Source of the DNA: a virus
Strand: one strand, 5' to 3'
IMG/VR virus record: IMGVR_UViG_3300045988_175656
Length of the DNA stretch: 64,000 nucleotides
In this document: piece after piece, positions 44,097 to 52,428 of the stretch
Position numbering within the stretch: the stretch's first letter is position 1
Layout of the letters: each line of letters starts with the position of its first letter
Made by a program: the position numbers and the translations under genes
Notes under the pieces: generated by a model
The model's input: the letters and a program-made list of their open reading frames with translations, nothing else
Told to the model about the DNA's origin: nothing
Databases searched by the model: none

Positions 44097-44176
44097 ACAA
44101 AAATATATCAAAAAATTAGGTTCGTATTGAAATAAGCCTTATCTTTGCACATATCAAAATTAAAAACAATAAAGTT

Positions 44177-44428
44177 ATGAAAACAATTCAAGAAGTATTA
44201 AATATTATTGCTACATCTGATTTAATAATGTATGCAGTTAATTACATTGATTTGATAGATGAAAATGTACCTAATACGAATGCAAGTATCGTTTTAAATT
44301 TTAGGTATAGTAATATAAGTTTGTTATTAATGAATGAAATTTTGAATATCATTCTTACAAACGGTTTATCTTATAATATGGATATTGATAATAAGATAAT
44401 GTATATATACTATAAAATAGAAAAATAA
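44177..44428 (+). CDS. hypothetical protein
   Basis: ORF track. Confidence 0.6.
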   Translation: MKTIQEVLNIIATSDLIMYAVNYIDLIDENVPNTNASIVLNFRYSNISLLLMNEILNIILTNGLSYNMDIDNKIMYIYYKIEK

Positions 44429-44554
44429 ATTAATTAATATTCTTTAACACAAAATATTTGGTGGCTATAAAAAAAGTCCTTATCTTTGTAACATCAAAAT
44501 AAGAGAAACCAAAACAATTAAAAATATAAATTTAACAATTAAAAATTTGAAGTT

Positions 44555-45469
44555 ATGAAAAAGAATGAACTTAAAGTTAGCGTGATTATCGAAAATGGTA
44601 TGGTAAGAAAAGAAATGGTAGAAATCTTTTACAGTGAAGATTATGATTTGTTAAACAATTTCGATGGCAACCGTTTAGGTAGTGACGAACAAAAAGAAAG
44701 CGGAAATTATTCTGCAAACGAAATAAAGGCTTTTGATAGTCGTGTTAATAAACTTGTTGCATCTATGCAAAAACGTATTGCAGACGGAAAAGAGGGTTTT
44801 GACAAAAATTTTCCTATACTTGTTGCAGTCATAGACGGTAAAAAAGTAAACATAGACGGACAAGGTAGAAAAGCTGCTTGTAAAAGGTTAGGTATCGGTT
44901 TTTGGTATCGTATATTAGACCAAAAGTTTGATACAATGAAAGATTTGATTAATTATACTATCTCAATAAATACCACTGCATCAAGCTGGAAAATTACTGA
45001 CAAATATAAGGCTTGGGCGATTGCAAATGACCGCAAAGACTTGTTAGAAATTATGCTTGATTGTACAAAAAAATTTGACATTGCAGAAAATTTAACATTA
45101 ATGGTTCTGTTCAAAAATCAGAATGTTTGCAAAAAGAATAATTTCAACATTGACAATATTAAAATTAAAACATATACAGAACAAGCAAAAATCGACTTGT
45201 ACGAAATTTTGAATTTCAGACAAGAATTGATTAACGCAATAAAAGGTTTGAGAGATAGTGAAGGACACAAAGTAGCTATCAAGAAAGAAGAATGTTTGCA
45301 CGCTATTGTAAATTTTTATTGCCAAAATAGCAAACTTAATCGCACAATTGCGGTAAAATATGTGGCTGAATATTATCAAAAAAGCGATATGAAAATTTTT
45401 ACCGCCAATACTACATTATTTGAAAAATTTTTAAATCGCTGTGCGCTTAATCATGATGAAAAGATTTAA
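44555..45469 (+). CDS. ParB/Srx-like N-terminal domain protein
   Basis: FPILVAVIDGKKVNIDGQGRKAACKRLGIGFWYRIL fits the ParB-like nuclease-domain core (P..V....g...iDGqHR..A...LG). Confidence 0.55.
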   Translation: MKKNELKVSVIIENGMVRKEMVEIFYSEDYDLLNNFDGNRLGSDEQKESGNYSANEIKAFDSRVNKLVASMQKRIADGKEGFDKNFPILVAVIDGKKVNIDGQGRKAACKRLGIGFWYRILDQKFDTMKDLINYTISINTTASSWKITDKYKAWAIANDRKDLLEIMLDCTKKFDIAENLTLMVLFKNQNVCKKNNFNIDNIKIKTYTEQAKIDLYEILNFRQELINAIKGLRDSEGHKVAIKKEECLHAIVNFYCQNSKLNRTIAVKYVAEYYQKSDMKIFTANTTLFEKFLNRCALNHDEKI

Positions 45470-45498
45470 ACTTCATAACTTTAATTTTTGATTGAAAA

Positions 45499-45534
45499 AG
45501 GGAGTACTAATAAAAAAAGTACTTCCTTTTTTAC
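45499..45534 (+). terminator. intrinsic terminator after 44555..45469
   Basis: GGAGTACT-N9-AGTACTTCC hairpin, followed by TTTTTT. Confidence 0.6.
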
Positions 45535-45552
45535 ATTTATTAACACAAAATA

Positions 45553-45584
45553 TTTGGTTCGTATTGATAAAAGCATTATCTTTG
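45553..45584 (+). promoter_or_regulatory. Bacteroidota-type promoter
   Basis: TTAACACAAAATATTTGG motif, with TTTG (45553-45556), a 20 nt spacer and TATCTTTG (45577-45584). Confidence 0.6.
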
Positions 45585-45633
45585 TCATATCAAAATAAGA
45601 GATAATAAGTTTAACAATTTAAAAACTAAAGTT

Positions 45634-45828
45634 ATGAATAGAATTAAATTTTTTGGTAGTGTTGGTATGGTAATGTTTATCATGTGGTTGTGCTTTTGGA
45701 TGTTTGGCGGTTGGTATGTGAAAGGTAGTTTTGAAACATTCTCCTATATTTGGTTAGGTGTTTGTGTGGCTGTTTTAGTCGCTGTTAATAGCAAATTAAC
45801 TAAGATACATAAAGAGATAAGCAAATAA
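45634..45828 (+). CDS. small membrane protein
   Basis: Two hydrophobic helices. Confidence 0.6.
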   Translation: MNRIKFFGSVGMVMFIMWLCFWMFGGWYVKGSFETFSYIWLGVCVAVLVAVNSKLTKIHKEISK

Positions 45829-45884
45829 GTAGATAATTCAAGGTAGGGCAAATAAATAAGCCCTACCAATAAAATATAAAAGTT

Positions 45885-46235
45885 ATGAGTAAAAAATTCA
45901 AGTTATATGCAACAATAAAAGAAAATGTAGGCTATCAGTCTAATTTGAATAATAATAGAGACAGTTATAACAATGCGCTTTTCTTACTTCGTGGAAAAGA
46001 AATTGAGATAGAGACAGACTATTTGTTTCTTAATCAGTTAAACACTGCACCAATTAAAGATATTAGTAAGAACGGTTTAAGATTATATTTTAATGATATT
46101 AAGTCTTTAAGAATAGAAAACCGTACTTTTCGCACTATTAAAATGAGAGTGAAAAAGTTTTATAAAAGTGCTTGGGATGTTGATATTAAAGAACAACAAC
46201 TTAAAGGATATAAACTTTTATTAGGAATTAATTAA
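45885..46235 (+). CDS. hypothetical protein
   Basis: ORF track. Confidence 0.65.
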   Translation: MSKKFKLYATIKENVGYQSNLNNNRDSYNNALFLLRGKEIEIETDYLFLNQLNTAPIKDISKNGLRLYFNDIKSLRIENRTFRTIKMRVKKFYKSAWDVDIKEQQLKGYKLLLGIN

Positions 46236-46292
46236 TTCTTATTAACACAAAATATTTGGTAGGTATTGAAAAAATACCTACCTTTGTTGTGT

Positions 46293-46335
46293 AAGAAAAA
46301 AGTAGGGGTAATATTCTAAAGTATAGTCTCCAACA
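46293..46335 (+). ncRNA. UAUAGUCUCC-element, copy 8
   Basis: Promoter TTTG(46255-46258)-20nt hairpin spacer-TACCTTTG(46279-46286). RNA reads AGU-AGGG-GUAAUA-UUCU-AAAGUAUAGUCUCCAA. Confidence 0.6.
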
Positions 46336-46470
46336 GGTAAAATATAAAATTGTTAATAAATGCAAAAATTTTAATATTATTTAACATAAAAAAGTATTGA
46401 AATGTTTTGGTGTATCGAATATTATTCGTACATTTGCATATCGGAAATACAGAAATAAGTTATTAACCAT

Positions 46471-46486
46471 TGTTTCACGTGGAACA
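46471..46486 (+). promoter_or_regulatory. TGTTYCACGTGGAACA palindrome, copy 2
   Basis: TGTTTCACGTGGAACA within the leader, 17 nt before the ATG at 46504. Confidence 0.55.
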
Positions 46487-46503
46487 ATTAAAAATTTAAA
46501 GTT

Positions 46504-47034
46504 ATGGGTAATGTTTATTACATGGATAAAGAAACATTTGTTTTGAAAAGCAAACAACAAATTTTGGTTTATAATTACATGATTGAAGATTTAAAAAACA
46601 TTCTTCCAATTGTGCAAAAATTTGACCAAAGGTTTTTAACCAAAAGATTAACTACTGCAATAGAAAAAGTTTTGAAACATTGCATAGTTAGTTTACACGC
46701 TGATAAAATAAAAATCAGCATACAAGGAGAGTTAAGATACGTTAAAGGTGGTGGCTATATTGAATGGGACAGTTACGATATAGATTTAGATGTTAATAGA
46801 CTTGGTTGGTTGTTAAATTCTGAAAAAAGTATTGAAAACATTCAATCGACTATTAATTACTTTGAAAAACAGATTAACGAATACCAACTATGTATCACTA
46901 ACTATGATGAATTTGTTAATAAACGTTTAGAAATTGAAAAACAAATTGAAGAATACCAAAAACTTGTGCCTTATTGTATGCGAACAGGTTTTAGTGTATA
47001 TGGTACTAAATATTATATAGATGAAATAAAATAA
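46504..47034 (+). CDS. hypothetical protein
   Basis: ORF track, 176 aa. Confidence 0.7.
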   Translation: MGNVYYMDKETFVLKSKQQILVYNYMIEDLKNILPIVQKFDQRFLTKRLTTAIEKVLKHCIVSLHADKIKISIQGELRYVKGGGYIEWDSYDIDLDVNRLGWLLNSEKSIENIQSTINYFEKQINEYQLCITNYDEFVNKRLEIEKQIEEYQKLVPYCMRTGFSVYGTKYYIDEIK

Positions 47035-47045
47035 AAGTTAAAATA

Positions 47046-47077
47046 TTTGCAAAGGTAGATTTTATTTTCTACCTTTG
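47046..47077 (+). promoter_or_regulatory. promoter with 11-bp hairpin in the spacer
   Basis: TTTG(47046-47049)-20nt-TACCTTTG(47070-47077). GCAAAGGTAGA and TCTACCTTTGC form the arms. Confidence 0.6.
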
Positions 47078-47123
47078 CATAAACAATAAAAAACTAAAGT
47101 TTTATTTTAAAGCGTTTTAAAAC

Positions 47124-47507
47124 ATGAAAAAATTATTATTTAATACATTATCAAGACAAACAAAAGAGCTTGAAAAAACGGCTAAAAATGCTATTTTAGC
47201 CTTATTAAATGAGATACCAAACAAAACATATCAGACTGATAAAATAGACGAAGAAAGAAATATAACAACCTATGATAATGAAAAATTTGCTTTTGTAGGC
47301 TGTTATATTGATAAAACAAAAGGCACATTTACATATAATCTACATGATGGGTTAAAGTTATTAGGCTATAAAATAATAAATGATAATGATATGATAAGCG
47401 AAATATTATACAATAAACTGTATGAAATAGAGCTTTTTAATATTGATAATATTCAACTATTAAACGTTATAAAATACATCAATGAGATAGAATTTTCTGA
47501 GGATTAA
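47124..47507 (+). CDS. hypothetical protein
   Basis: ORF track. Confidence 0.65.
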   Translation: MKKLLFNTLSRQTKELEKTAKNAILALLNEIPNKTYQTDKIDEERNITTYDNEKFAFVGCYIDKTKGTFTYNLHDGLKLLGYKIINDNDMISEILYNKLYEIELFNIDNIQLLNVIKYINEIEFSED

Positions 47508-47526
47508 GATTTATTAACTCAAATAA

Positions 47527-47558
47527 TTTGCAAGGTACGGATGTTCTTCGTACCTTTG
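47527..47558 (+). promoter_or_regulatory. promoter with hairpin spacer
   Basis: TTTG(47527-47530)-20nt (GGTACGgatgttctTCGTACC)-TACCTTTG(47551-47558). Confidence 0.6.
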
Positions 47559-47600
47559 TTGTATCAAAATTAAAGTACTAACAATTAAAAAATTAAAGTT

Positions 47601-47765
47601 ATGAAAAAGTTAAAATCTATTGAGCTTTACAGAAATTTTCCAGTTATAGACCAAAAACAAAATTCTAATTTTATTTTAAAATTATTTCCTTTTTTCTTTC
47701 AGAAATTAAAAAAAACAATGTGGATAGAAATACCTTTTGTTGGCGTTAAAATAGTAATTAATTAA
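47601..47765 (+). CDS. 54-aa hypothetical protein
   Basis: Unlisted ORF MKKLKSIELYRNFPVIDQKQNSNFILKLFPFFFQKLKKTMWIEIPFVGVKIVIN, with a full canonical promoter and the GTACTAACAATTAAAAAATTAAAGTT leader. Confidence 0.45.
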   Translation: MKKLKSIELYRNFPVIDQKQNSNFILKLFPFFFQKLKKTMWIEIPFVGVKIVIN

Positions 47766-47793
47766 TATTATTAACGAATAATAACATAGAATA

Positions 47794-47825
47794 TTTGGTA
47801 GGGAACGGAAATTTCCCTACCTTTG
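47794..47825 (+). promoter_or_regulatory. promoter with hairpin spacer
   Basis: TTTG(47794-47797)-20nt (GTAGGGAAcggaaaTTTCCCTAC)-TACCTTTG(47818-47825). Confidence 0.6.
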
Positions 47826-47868
47826 TATTATAAGAAATAAGAAGTACTAACAATTAAATTTTAAAGTT

Positions 47869-48084
47869 ATGGGATGTTTAAATGTTAAAAAGTATAACGC
47901 TATGCAAGCGGAACGGGAACAAGAATTTTTAAACAAGTTAGACCGTACAGGATTAACAGAAACAGATATTAAAAAAATGTGTGAAAGCTACTTTCCACGT
48001 ATTAACAAAAATTATGGCTTTGTTACGTTTGATAACAGAACTTGTGCAACTGAAATTCATTGGCACAAAAGAAAACCTTATTAA
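47869..48084 (+). CDS. hypothetical protein
   Basis: ORF track. Confidence 0.6.
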   Translation: MGCLNVKKYNAMQAEREQEFLNKLDRTGLTETDIKKMCESYFPRINKNYGFVTFDNRTCATEIHWHKRKPY

Positions 48085-48141
48085 CAACAATTAACTCAAA
48101 TAATTTGGTGGGGAAAGAAATTTCCCCTATCTTTGTAATAC

Positions 48142-48191
48142 AGAAAAGGAAACAAAGGTATAAGTAACATTATAGAGTATAGTCTCCAACA
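48142..48191 (+). ncRNA. UAUAGUCUCC-element, copy 9
   Basis: -7 box TATCTTTG (48128-48135). RNA reads GG-UAUAA-GUAACA-UUAUA-GAGUAUAGUCUCCAA. Confidence 0.6.
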
Positions 48192-48339
48192 TATTTAATA
48201 TAAAATAGTTAAAAAATACTAATTAAATTAATAATTTTTAATACAAAATAATTTGTAAAATACTTGCATAATTGAAATATTATCTATATCTTTGTATTAT
48301 CAAAATTAAGAAGATTACTAACAATTAAATTTTAAAGTT

Positions 48340-48624
48340 ATGGCAAATTTCATTTTTCTTAAAAACGACTCTTATAATAGTCCCGTAGTTGCAAAATTGG
48401 CTGTTATTGAAATAGAAGGTGACTATGATTGGTGGCACATTAAAACACGCCCTATCAAGGCTACTAAACGAAATATAGAGCTTTTAAAACTCTATGCAAG
48501 AGAGAACACAACAGATTATATGTGTTGTGAATACGATTGCACAGGTAGCACTAAAAGAACATATAAAGTAAAAGTTAAAAAAGGTAAATGTTGGTTAATT
48601 GAATATGGTAGTGTAGATTGCTAA
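48340..48624 (+). CDS. hypothetical protein
   Basis: ORF track. Confidence 0.65.
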   Translation: MANFIFLKNDSYNSPVVAKLAVIEIEGDYDWWHIKTRPIKATKRNIELLKLYARENTTDYMCCEYDCTGSTKRTYKVKVKKGKCWLIEYGSVDC

Positions 48625-48700
48625 CATTTATTAACATAAATAATTTGGTAGGTATCAGAGAAATACCTACCTTTGTTTCAAACAATTAAAAAGAATAGTT

Positions 48701-48976
48701 ATGGAAGAAAAAATTAAACAATTTGTTAAACAGCTAAATGAAAAATATCCCGAATATGTAACATCATACACACAAGGGAAAAAGTTTTACAAAATATGGA
48801 GAACATTTGGCGTGCAGAAATGTATCTATTGTTTTGTAGATATGGACGGAAATATTTACAAAGCTGCAAGTATTAACGCACCCGCAAAACATATTAGAGG
48901 GCACATTTCAGAACCTTTTAAAGACAATTGTTGCGGACGTTACGGAATTAAGTATTTAAAAGGTCCTAACTTCTAA
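48701..48976 (+). CDS. hypothetical protein
   Basis: ORF track. The FVDMDGNIYKAASINAPAKHIRG motif is of a type common in phage hypothetical proteins. Confidence 0.65.
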   Translation: MEEKIKQFVKQLNEKYPEYVTSYTQGKKFYKIWRTFGVQKCIYCFVDMDGNIYKAASINAPAKHIRGHISEPFKDNCCGRYGIKYLKGPNF

Positions 48977-48985
48977 TTAAGTTTA

Positions 48986-49101
48986 TTAACATTTGGTGAA
49001 GTGTAGTAGCCAAATGTTAATTTTTTTAATATTTTTTAACTAAAAAAATATAGATGTGTTGGAGACTATACTCTAAGATATTACTCTTACCTTTTTTATT
49101 A
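48986..49101 (-). ncRNA. UAUAGUCUCC-element, copy 10 (stand-alone unit, antisense to the plus arm)
   Basis: Leftward promoter TTTG(49138-49135)-20nt-TATCTTTG(49114-49107). RNA reads GGU-AAGA-GUAAUA-UCUU-AGAGUAUAGUCUCCAA (core from 49059). It ends at the shared 11-bp hairpin TTAACATTTGG/CCAAATGTTAA (48986-49020). Confidence 0.6.
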
Positions 49102-49273
49102 CATTACAAAGATAAGAATAATTTCTTTAAGTACCAAATATTTGATTAATTTTTATTGTTCATTAACACAATATAGTTTTAAAGTTAATTTTGTGTTAAA
49201 GATAGAAAAATACTTGTTTGGTATTGATATAATTCATACTTTTGTGCATATCAAAATTAAAAGCAATAAAGTT

Positions 49274-49546
49274 ATGAAAGCAAAAAATTACATTCCGCAA
49301 ATTTCTGTTTATTACAGTGAGAGAAACTATAATGACTATAATAACGCTATACAACAAGCTATAAAGCGTTTTAAAGAGTTTTATTCCCGTTTTGATAAAA
49401 GACTACTCACAACAAAGAAAAAAGTTAATGTGAACATAAAAGGGCACATTTTAAATGTGAATATTGACTTTAATAAAGTACATTATTCACAATGTTATGA
49501 GATAGTAAACTATAACGAAATAAAAGGGCTACAAATCAATTATTAA
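49274..49546 (+). CDS. hypothetical protein
   Basis: Start trimmed to MKAKNYIPQ (ATG 49274), which follows the ATCAAAATTAAAAGCAATAAAGTT leader. Confidence 0.6.
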   Translation: MKAKNYIPQISVYYSERNYNDYNNAIQQAIKRFKEFYSRFDKRLLTTKKKVNVNIKGHILNVNIDFNKVHYSQCYEIVNYNEIKGLQINY

Positions 49547-49550
49547 AGAT

Positions 49551-49799
49551 ATGGCACGAAATATAAGTCTTTCAACCGTAGAGAAAATTTTTAATAATTT
49601 AGGTGATGTTAAATTAGAACCTAAAGTTTATAAACAAATTGAAAAAGAATTACGATTTGAGGGGAGAGATAAAAGGTTTGATTTATTTGTTGAGGCTGGC
49701 ACAAATAAATCTATGCTCTTTAAGTTTATGAAAAAAAGATACTATGTTTACTATGATTACAGTATTAATAAGTGGAAAGCTGAATATAATATAAGATAA
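49551..49799 (+). CDS. hypothetical protein
   Basis: ORF track. Confidence 0.6.
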   Translation: MARNISLSTVEKIFNNLGDVKLEPKVYKQIEKELRFEGRDKRFDLFVEAGTNKSMLFKFMKKRYYVYYDYSINKWKAEYNIR

Positions 49800-49917
49800 A
49801 ATAATACTATGTTAATTTATAGTTAAATATAGGAAAATATTTGTTTGGTATTAATTTAATTCTTATCTTTGTACTATCAAAATTAAGGAAATTATTAACA
49901 ATTAAAAAATAAAAGTT

Positions 49918-50424
49918 ATGGCAATATTCGGAAATTTCGTAGGTAAAAAAGATTTAGAATTAACAAACGAAGAAAAAGAAATGTTTATGAATTTCTTCAA
50001 AATGAAACTTTTTAACTATCATAATTGCAATTTTGAAAAGGTATTAACAATTCAAAATGTAAAAGAAGAGTGTTATACAACTTTTACAGATTTTAAATCA
50101 TATTACTTTATTTTCAAGCCAAAAGAAAGTTTAAATGGGAGAAACGTTAAAAGAGATAGAGTTATTGATTTTTCGGGTATTTCTTTTATAATTCGCAAAG
50201 AAAGCGGTTTTTTAGAGATAAAAAATAAAGAAGAAAATATAAATACGCCCGAATTTCAATATTCTTTAAATATCCTTATTCAAGGAAAACAAATAAGGTA
50301 TAAATGTAGAAATATAGAAAGTATTTCTTTAAAAAATTCGTTTCAATTTGGTACTGAATTAAGCGATTTCGATTTTTCAGCTACTTTCTATGACTTATAT
50401 AGAACACTTTATGGCTTATATTAA
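49918..50424 (+). CDS. hypothetical protein
   Basis: ORF track, 168 aa. Confidence 0.7.
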   Translation: MAIFGNFVGKKDLELTNEEKEMFMNFFKMKLFNYHNCNFEKVLTIQNVKEECYTTFTDFKSYYFIFKPKESLNGRNVKRDRVIDFSGISFIIRKESGFLEIKNKEENINTPEFQYSLNILIQGKQIRYKCRNIESISLKNSFQFGTELSDFDFSATFYDLYRTLYGLY

Positions 50425-50441
50425 TTAAAAATAAAATAGTT

Positions 50442-50636
50442 ATGAAAGAAAAATATTTTATAGTTGTAAACGAAACAAAGAAAGAAATATACTTTGCGTC
50501 TAAAAATCAATTCAGAGCACAACATTTTACAAAATTCATTTACCAAAAATATGATAAACATGTTTCCTGTGTGCCACGTTATTTGACGCAAAAAGAAATT
50601 GAAATGTATAAAGATATAATCAGTAAGAGAGGTTAA
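50442..50636 (+). CDS. hypothetical protein
   Basis: ORF track. Confidence 0.6.
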   Translation: MKEKYFIVVNETKKEIYFASKNQFRAQHFTKFIYQKYDKHVSCVPRYLTQKEIEMYKDIISKRG

Positions 50637-50646
50637 AATAAATAAA

Positions 50647-50761
50647 ATGTTAAGAATTTGACTGTTCTTAACATTTTTTAACTTATTTTTATATATAAAA
50701 AATAAAGCATAACGGAGACTATACTTTAGAATATTACTTCTACTTTTTCCCCCTTTTGGAA
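50647..50761 (-). ncRNA. UAUAGUCUCC-element, copy 11 (stand-alone unit of about 115 nt)
   Basis: Leftward promoter TTTG(50798-50795)-20nt-TATCTTTG(50774-50767). RNA reads AGU-AGAA-GUAAUA-UUCU-AAAGUAUAGUCUCCGU (core from 50713). A bidirectional terminator hairpin, ATGTTAAGAA/TTCTTAACAT, lies at 50647-50674. Confidence 0.6.
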
Positions 50762-50931
50762 CACTACAAAGATAAGAAGAATATTTGAAACTAACAAATT
50801 TATTCCAATGATTAACATTTAATTAACTCTTAAAACGTATTGTGTTAATCAATATTAATAAATCACGTTTTATTTGGTAGATATAAAATTAATTCATATA
50901 TTTGCAATATCAAAATTAAAACAAAGAAGTT

Positions 50932-51402
50932 ATGGAAAAGAATTTAGAGTATTACAGAGAACAATGTCAAGAAATTGCAAACATGATTGCAAATGAAGTT
51001 ACGGACGCAAAAAGTGTTAAAGTTGATTGTGGCGGCTTTTGTCCTTACTTGTGCTTTATTAGAATAGACGCACTTGACAAAAAAGATTATATAAATAATA
51101 TATCAAATAATAGTATCTTTATAGATATTAAAATAGACTTTCAAGAAAATAAATTTGAACTGTTTAGAGATGGACACATTTACCTATCACCAAAGGATAA
51201 AAAAACACCACAATTTAAATATTTAGCTATGCGTGGTATGATTAATATTGCAGAAGAAAAAGGAGTTAAAAAAATGCGTAAAACAAAGCATAAAGACAAT
51301 AAAACAACCGCTAATAAAATAGCTCTTTACTTCAATGAAGTTATGAAAGCTGTAAAAGAATATACAGGCGGTTATCCTTACAGACAAGGAATCGAAGAGT
51401 AA
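50932..51402 (+). CDS. hypothetical protein
   Basis: ORF track, 156 aa. Confidence 0.7.
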   Translation: MEKNLEYYREQCQEIANMIANEVTDAKSVKVDCGGFCPYLCFIRIDALDKKDYINNISNNSIFIDIKIDFQENKFELFRDGHIYLSPKDKKTPQFKYLAMRGMINIAEEKGVKKMRKTKHKDNKTTANKIALYFNEVMKAVKEYTGGYPYRQGIEE

Positions 51403-51483
51403 TTAACATTTATTAATACAAAAAATTTGGTAGGAATGAAATAATTTCCTACCTTTGTATCAAACAATTAAAGATAACAAGTT

Positions 51484-51702
51484 ATGGATAAAGAAAAAAT
51501 TATTAATAGTATTTGTATAGCTTGCAGAGCTACACAAGGCGGTACTTTAAAGTTTGGTACAGGCGGTTTTGTAGATTTTTCTGTAAGTTGGGATTATCAA
51601 TGTAATTTTGACATTTTTAATCTTAAAACAAAAAAACATCACTTTTGTAGCACTTTAGGCACAGCCGTTGAAATTGTTGAAAAATTATTAACAGAAATAT
51701 AA
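51484..51702 (+). CDS. hypothetical protein
   Basis: ORF track. Confidence 0.6.
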   Translation: MDKEKIINSICIACRATQGGTLKFGTGGFVDFSVSWDYQCNFDIFNLKTKKHHFCSTLGTAVEIVEKLLTEI

Positions 51703-51721
51703 CATTTATTAACTCTAAAAA

Positions 51722-51753
51722 TTTGGTGATATGAGATAAAAGTCGTACATTTG
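51722..51753 (+). promoter_or_regulatory. Bacteroidota-type promoter driving an ORF-less unit
   Basis: TTTG(51722-51725)-20nt-TACATTTG(51746-51753). Confidence 0.6.
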
Positions 51754-51759
51754 TAATAA

Positions 51760-52176
51760 AGAAATACAACTAACAGAAAAAGAGATTAAGTATTAATTTT
51801 AATAATGTCTAAAAATGGAAACAAATAAGCCACCGCCCTAAAAAGGTTATTTAAATTTGATAATATAAGATAGAATAATTTAATAGCTACGAAAACTAAC
51901 AAGGTACGCAAGTTTAAAGAGTAAAAAGTTTTAGAACGTACTGCATTAAGCGAAAAAGCTATGCCACCACAGTATTAAGTTTATAACATTATAATATATA
52001 GAGTAATTTAATTTATATTTAATTTTAACTTTCCGCTGTTTGCGGACTAAAAACATAAGTATGCACTTAATTAGAGATAAGACCATATAAAAATTATATG
52101 TAATATAGAATGAATTTATAGATTAAGAAAATAAGGCAAAAGCTCTGATAATACCGTCATTTATCAGAGCTTTTTT
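51760..52176 (+). ncRNA. candidate long ncRNA of about 415 nt
   Basis: A canonical promoter precedes it and no ORF exceeds about 9 codons. It has locally GC-richer patches and nested helices: ATAGCT(51883-88)/AGCTAT(51957-62) encloses GTACG(51904-08)/CGTAC(51937-41). A CCGC-TGTT-GCGG hairpin is also present. It ends at the strong terminator AGCTCTGATAA-N8-TTATCAGAGCT plus T6 (52141-52176). Confidence 0.45.
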
Positions 52177-52258
52177 AATTACAGTTTTTAACATTTTTTA
52201 TAAGTACGTGACGGAGACTATACTTTAAAGTTTTAACCTTACCTCTTTGTTTTTCTTA
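52135..52258 (-). ncRNA. UAUAGUCUCC-element, copy 12 (stand-alone unit of about 120 nt)
   Basis: Leftward promoter TTTG(52295-52292)-20nt-TATCTTTG(52271-52264). RNA reads GGU-AAGG-UUAAAA-CUUU-AAAGUAUAGUCUCCGU (core from 52212). It converges on the same terminator hairpin, 52141-52170. Confidence 0.6.
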
Positions 52259-52428
52259 CACTACAAAGATAAGGATAATAATTCAATCTACCAAACATTA
52301 TTTCAGTTTTAACATTACTTTAACACAAAATACTTAATATGTTAATATTGTGTTAAAGATATGATATTACTTGCATATATGAAAAATAACATATATATTT
52401 GCAATATCAAAATTAAAGTAATAAAGTT

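Noticed and set aside
51760-52176. A phage tmRNA. The segment GCTACGAAAACTAAC... superficially recalls a tag-peptide reading frame.
   Set aside because: There is no tRNA-Ala-like acceptor or T-arm at the ends (no GGGGCTG...TCCACCA). There is also no plausible resume codon with an ...ALAA-type tag ORF.
34089-52258. Whether the 12 GGAGACTATAC repeats form a CRISPR array or mini-arrays.
   Set aside because: Copies are 1-6 kb apart, lie in both orientations, each has its own promoter, and protein genes separate them. The sequence after the conserved tail is AT-rich and similar between copies (for example copies 7 and 8), so it is not spacer-like. No cas genes are present. A solitary-repeat or anti-CRISPR-RNA role cannot be excluded, but I could not match the core to a known repeat.
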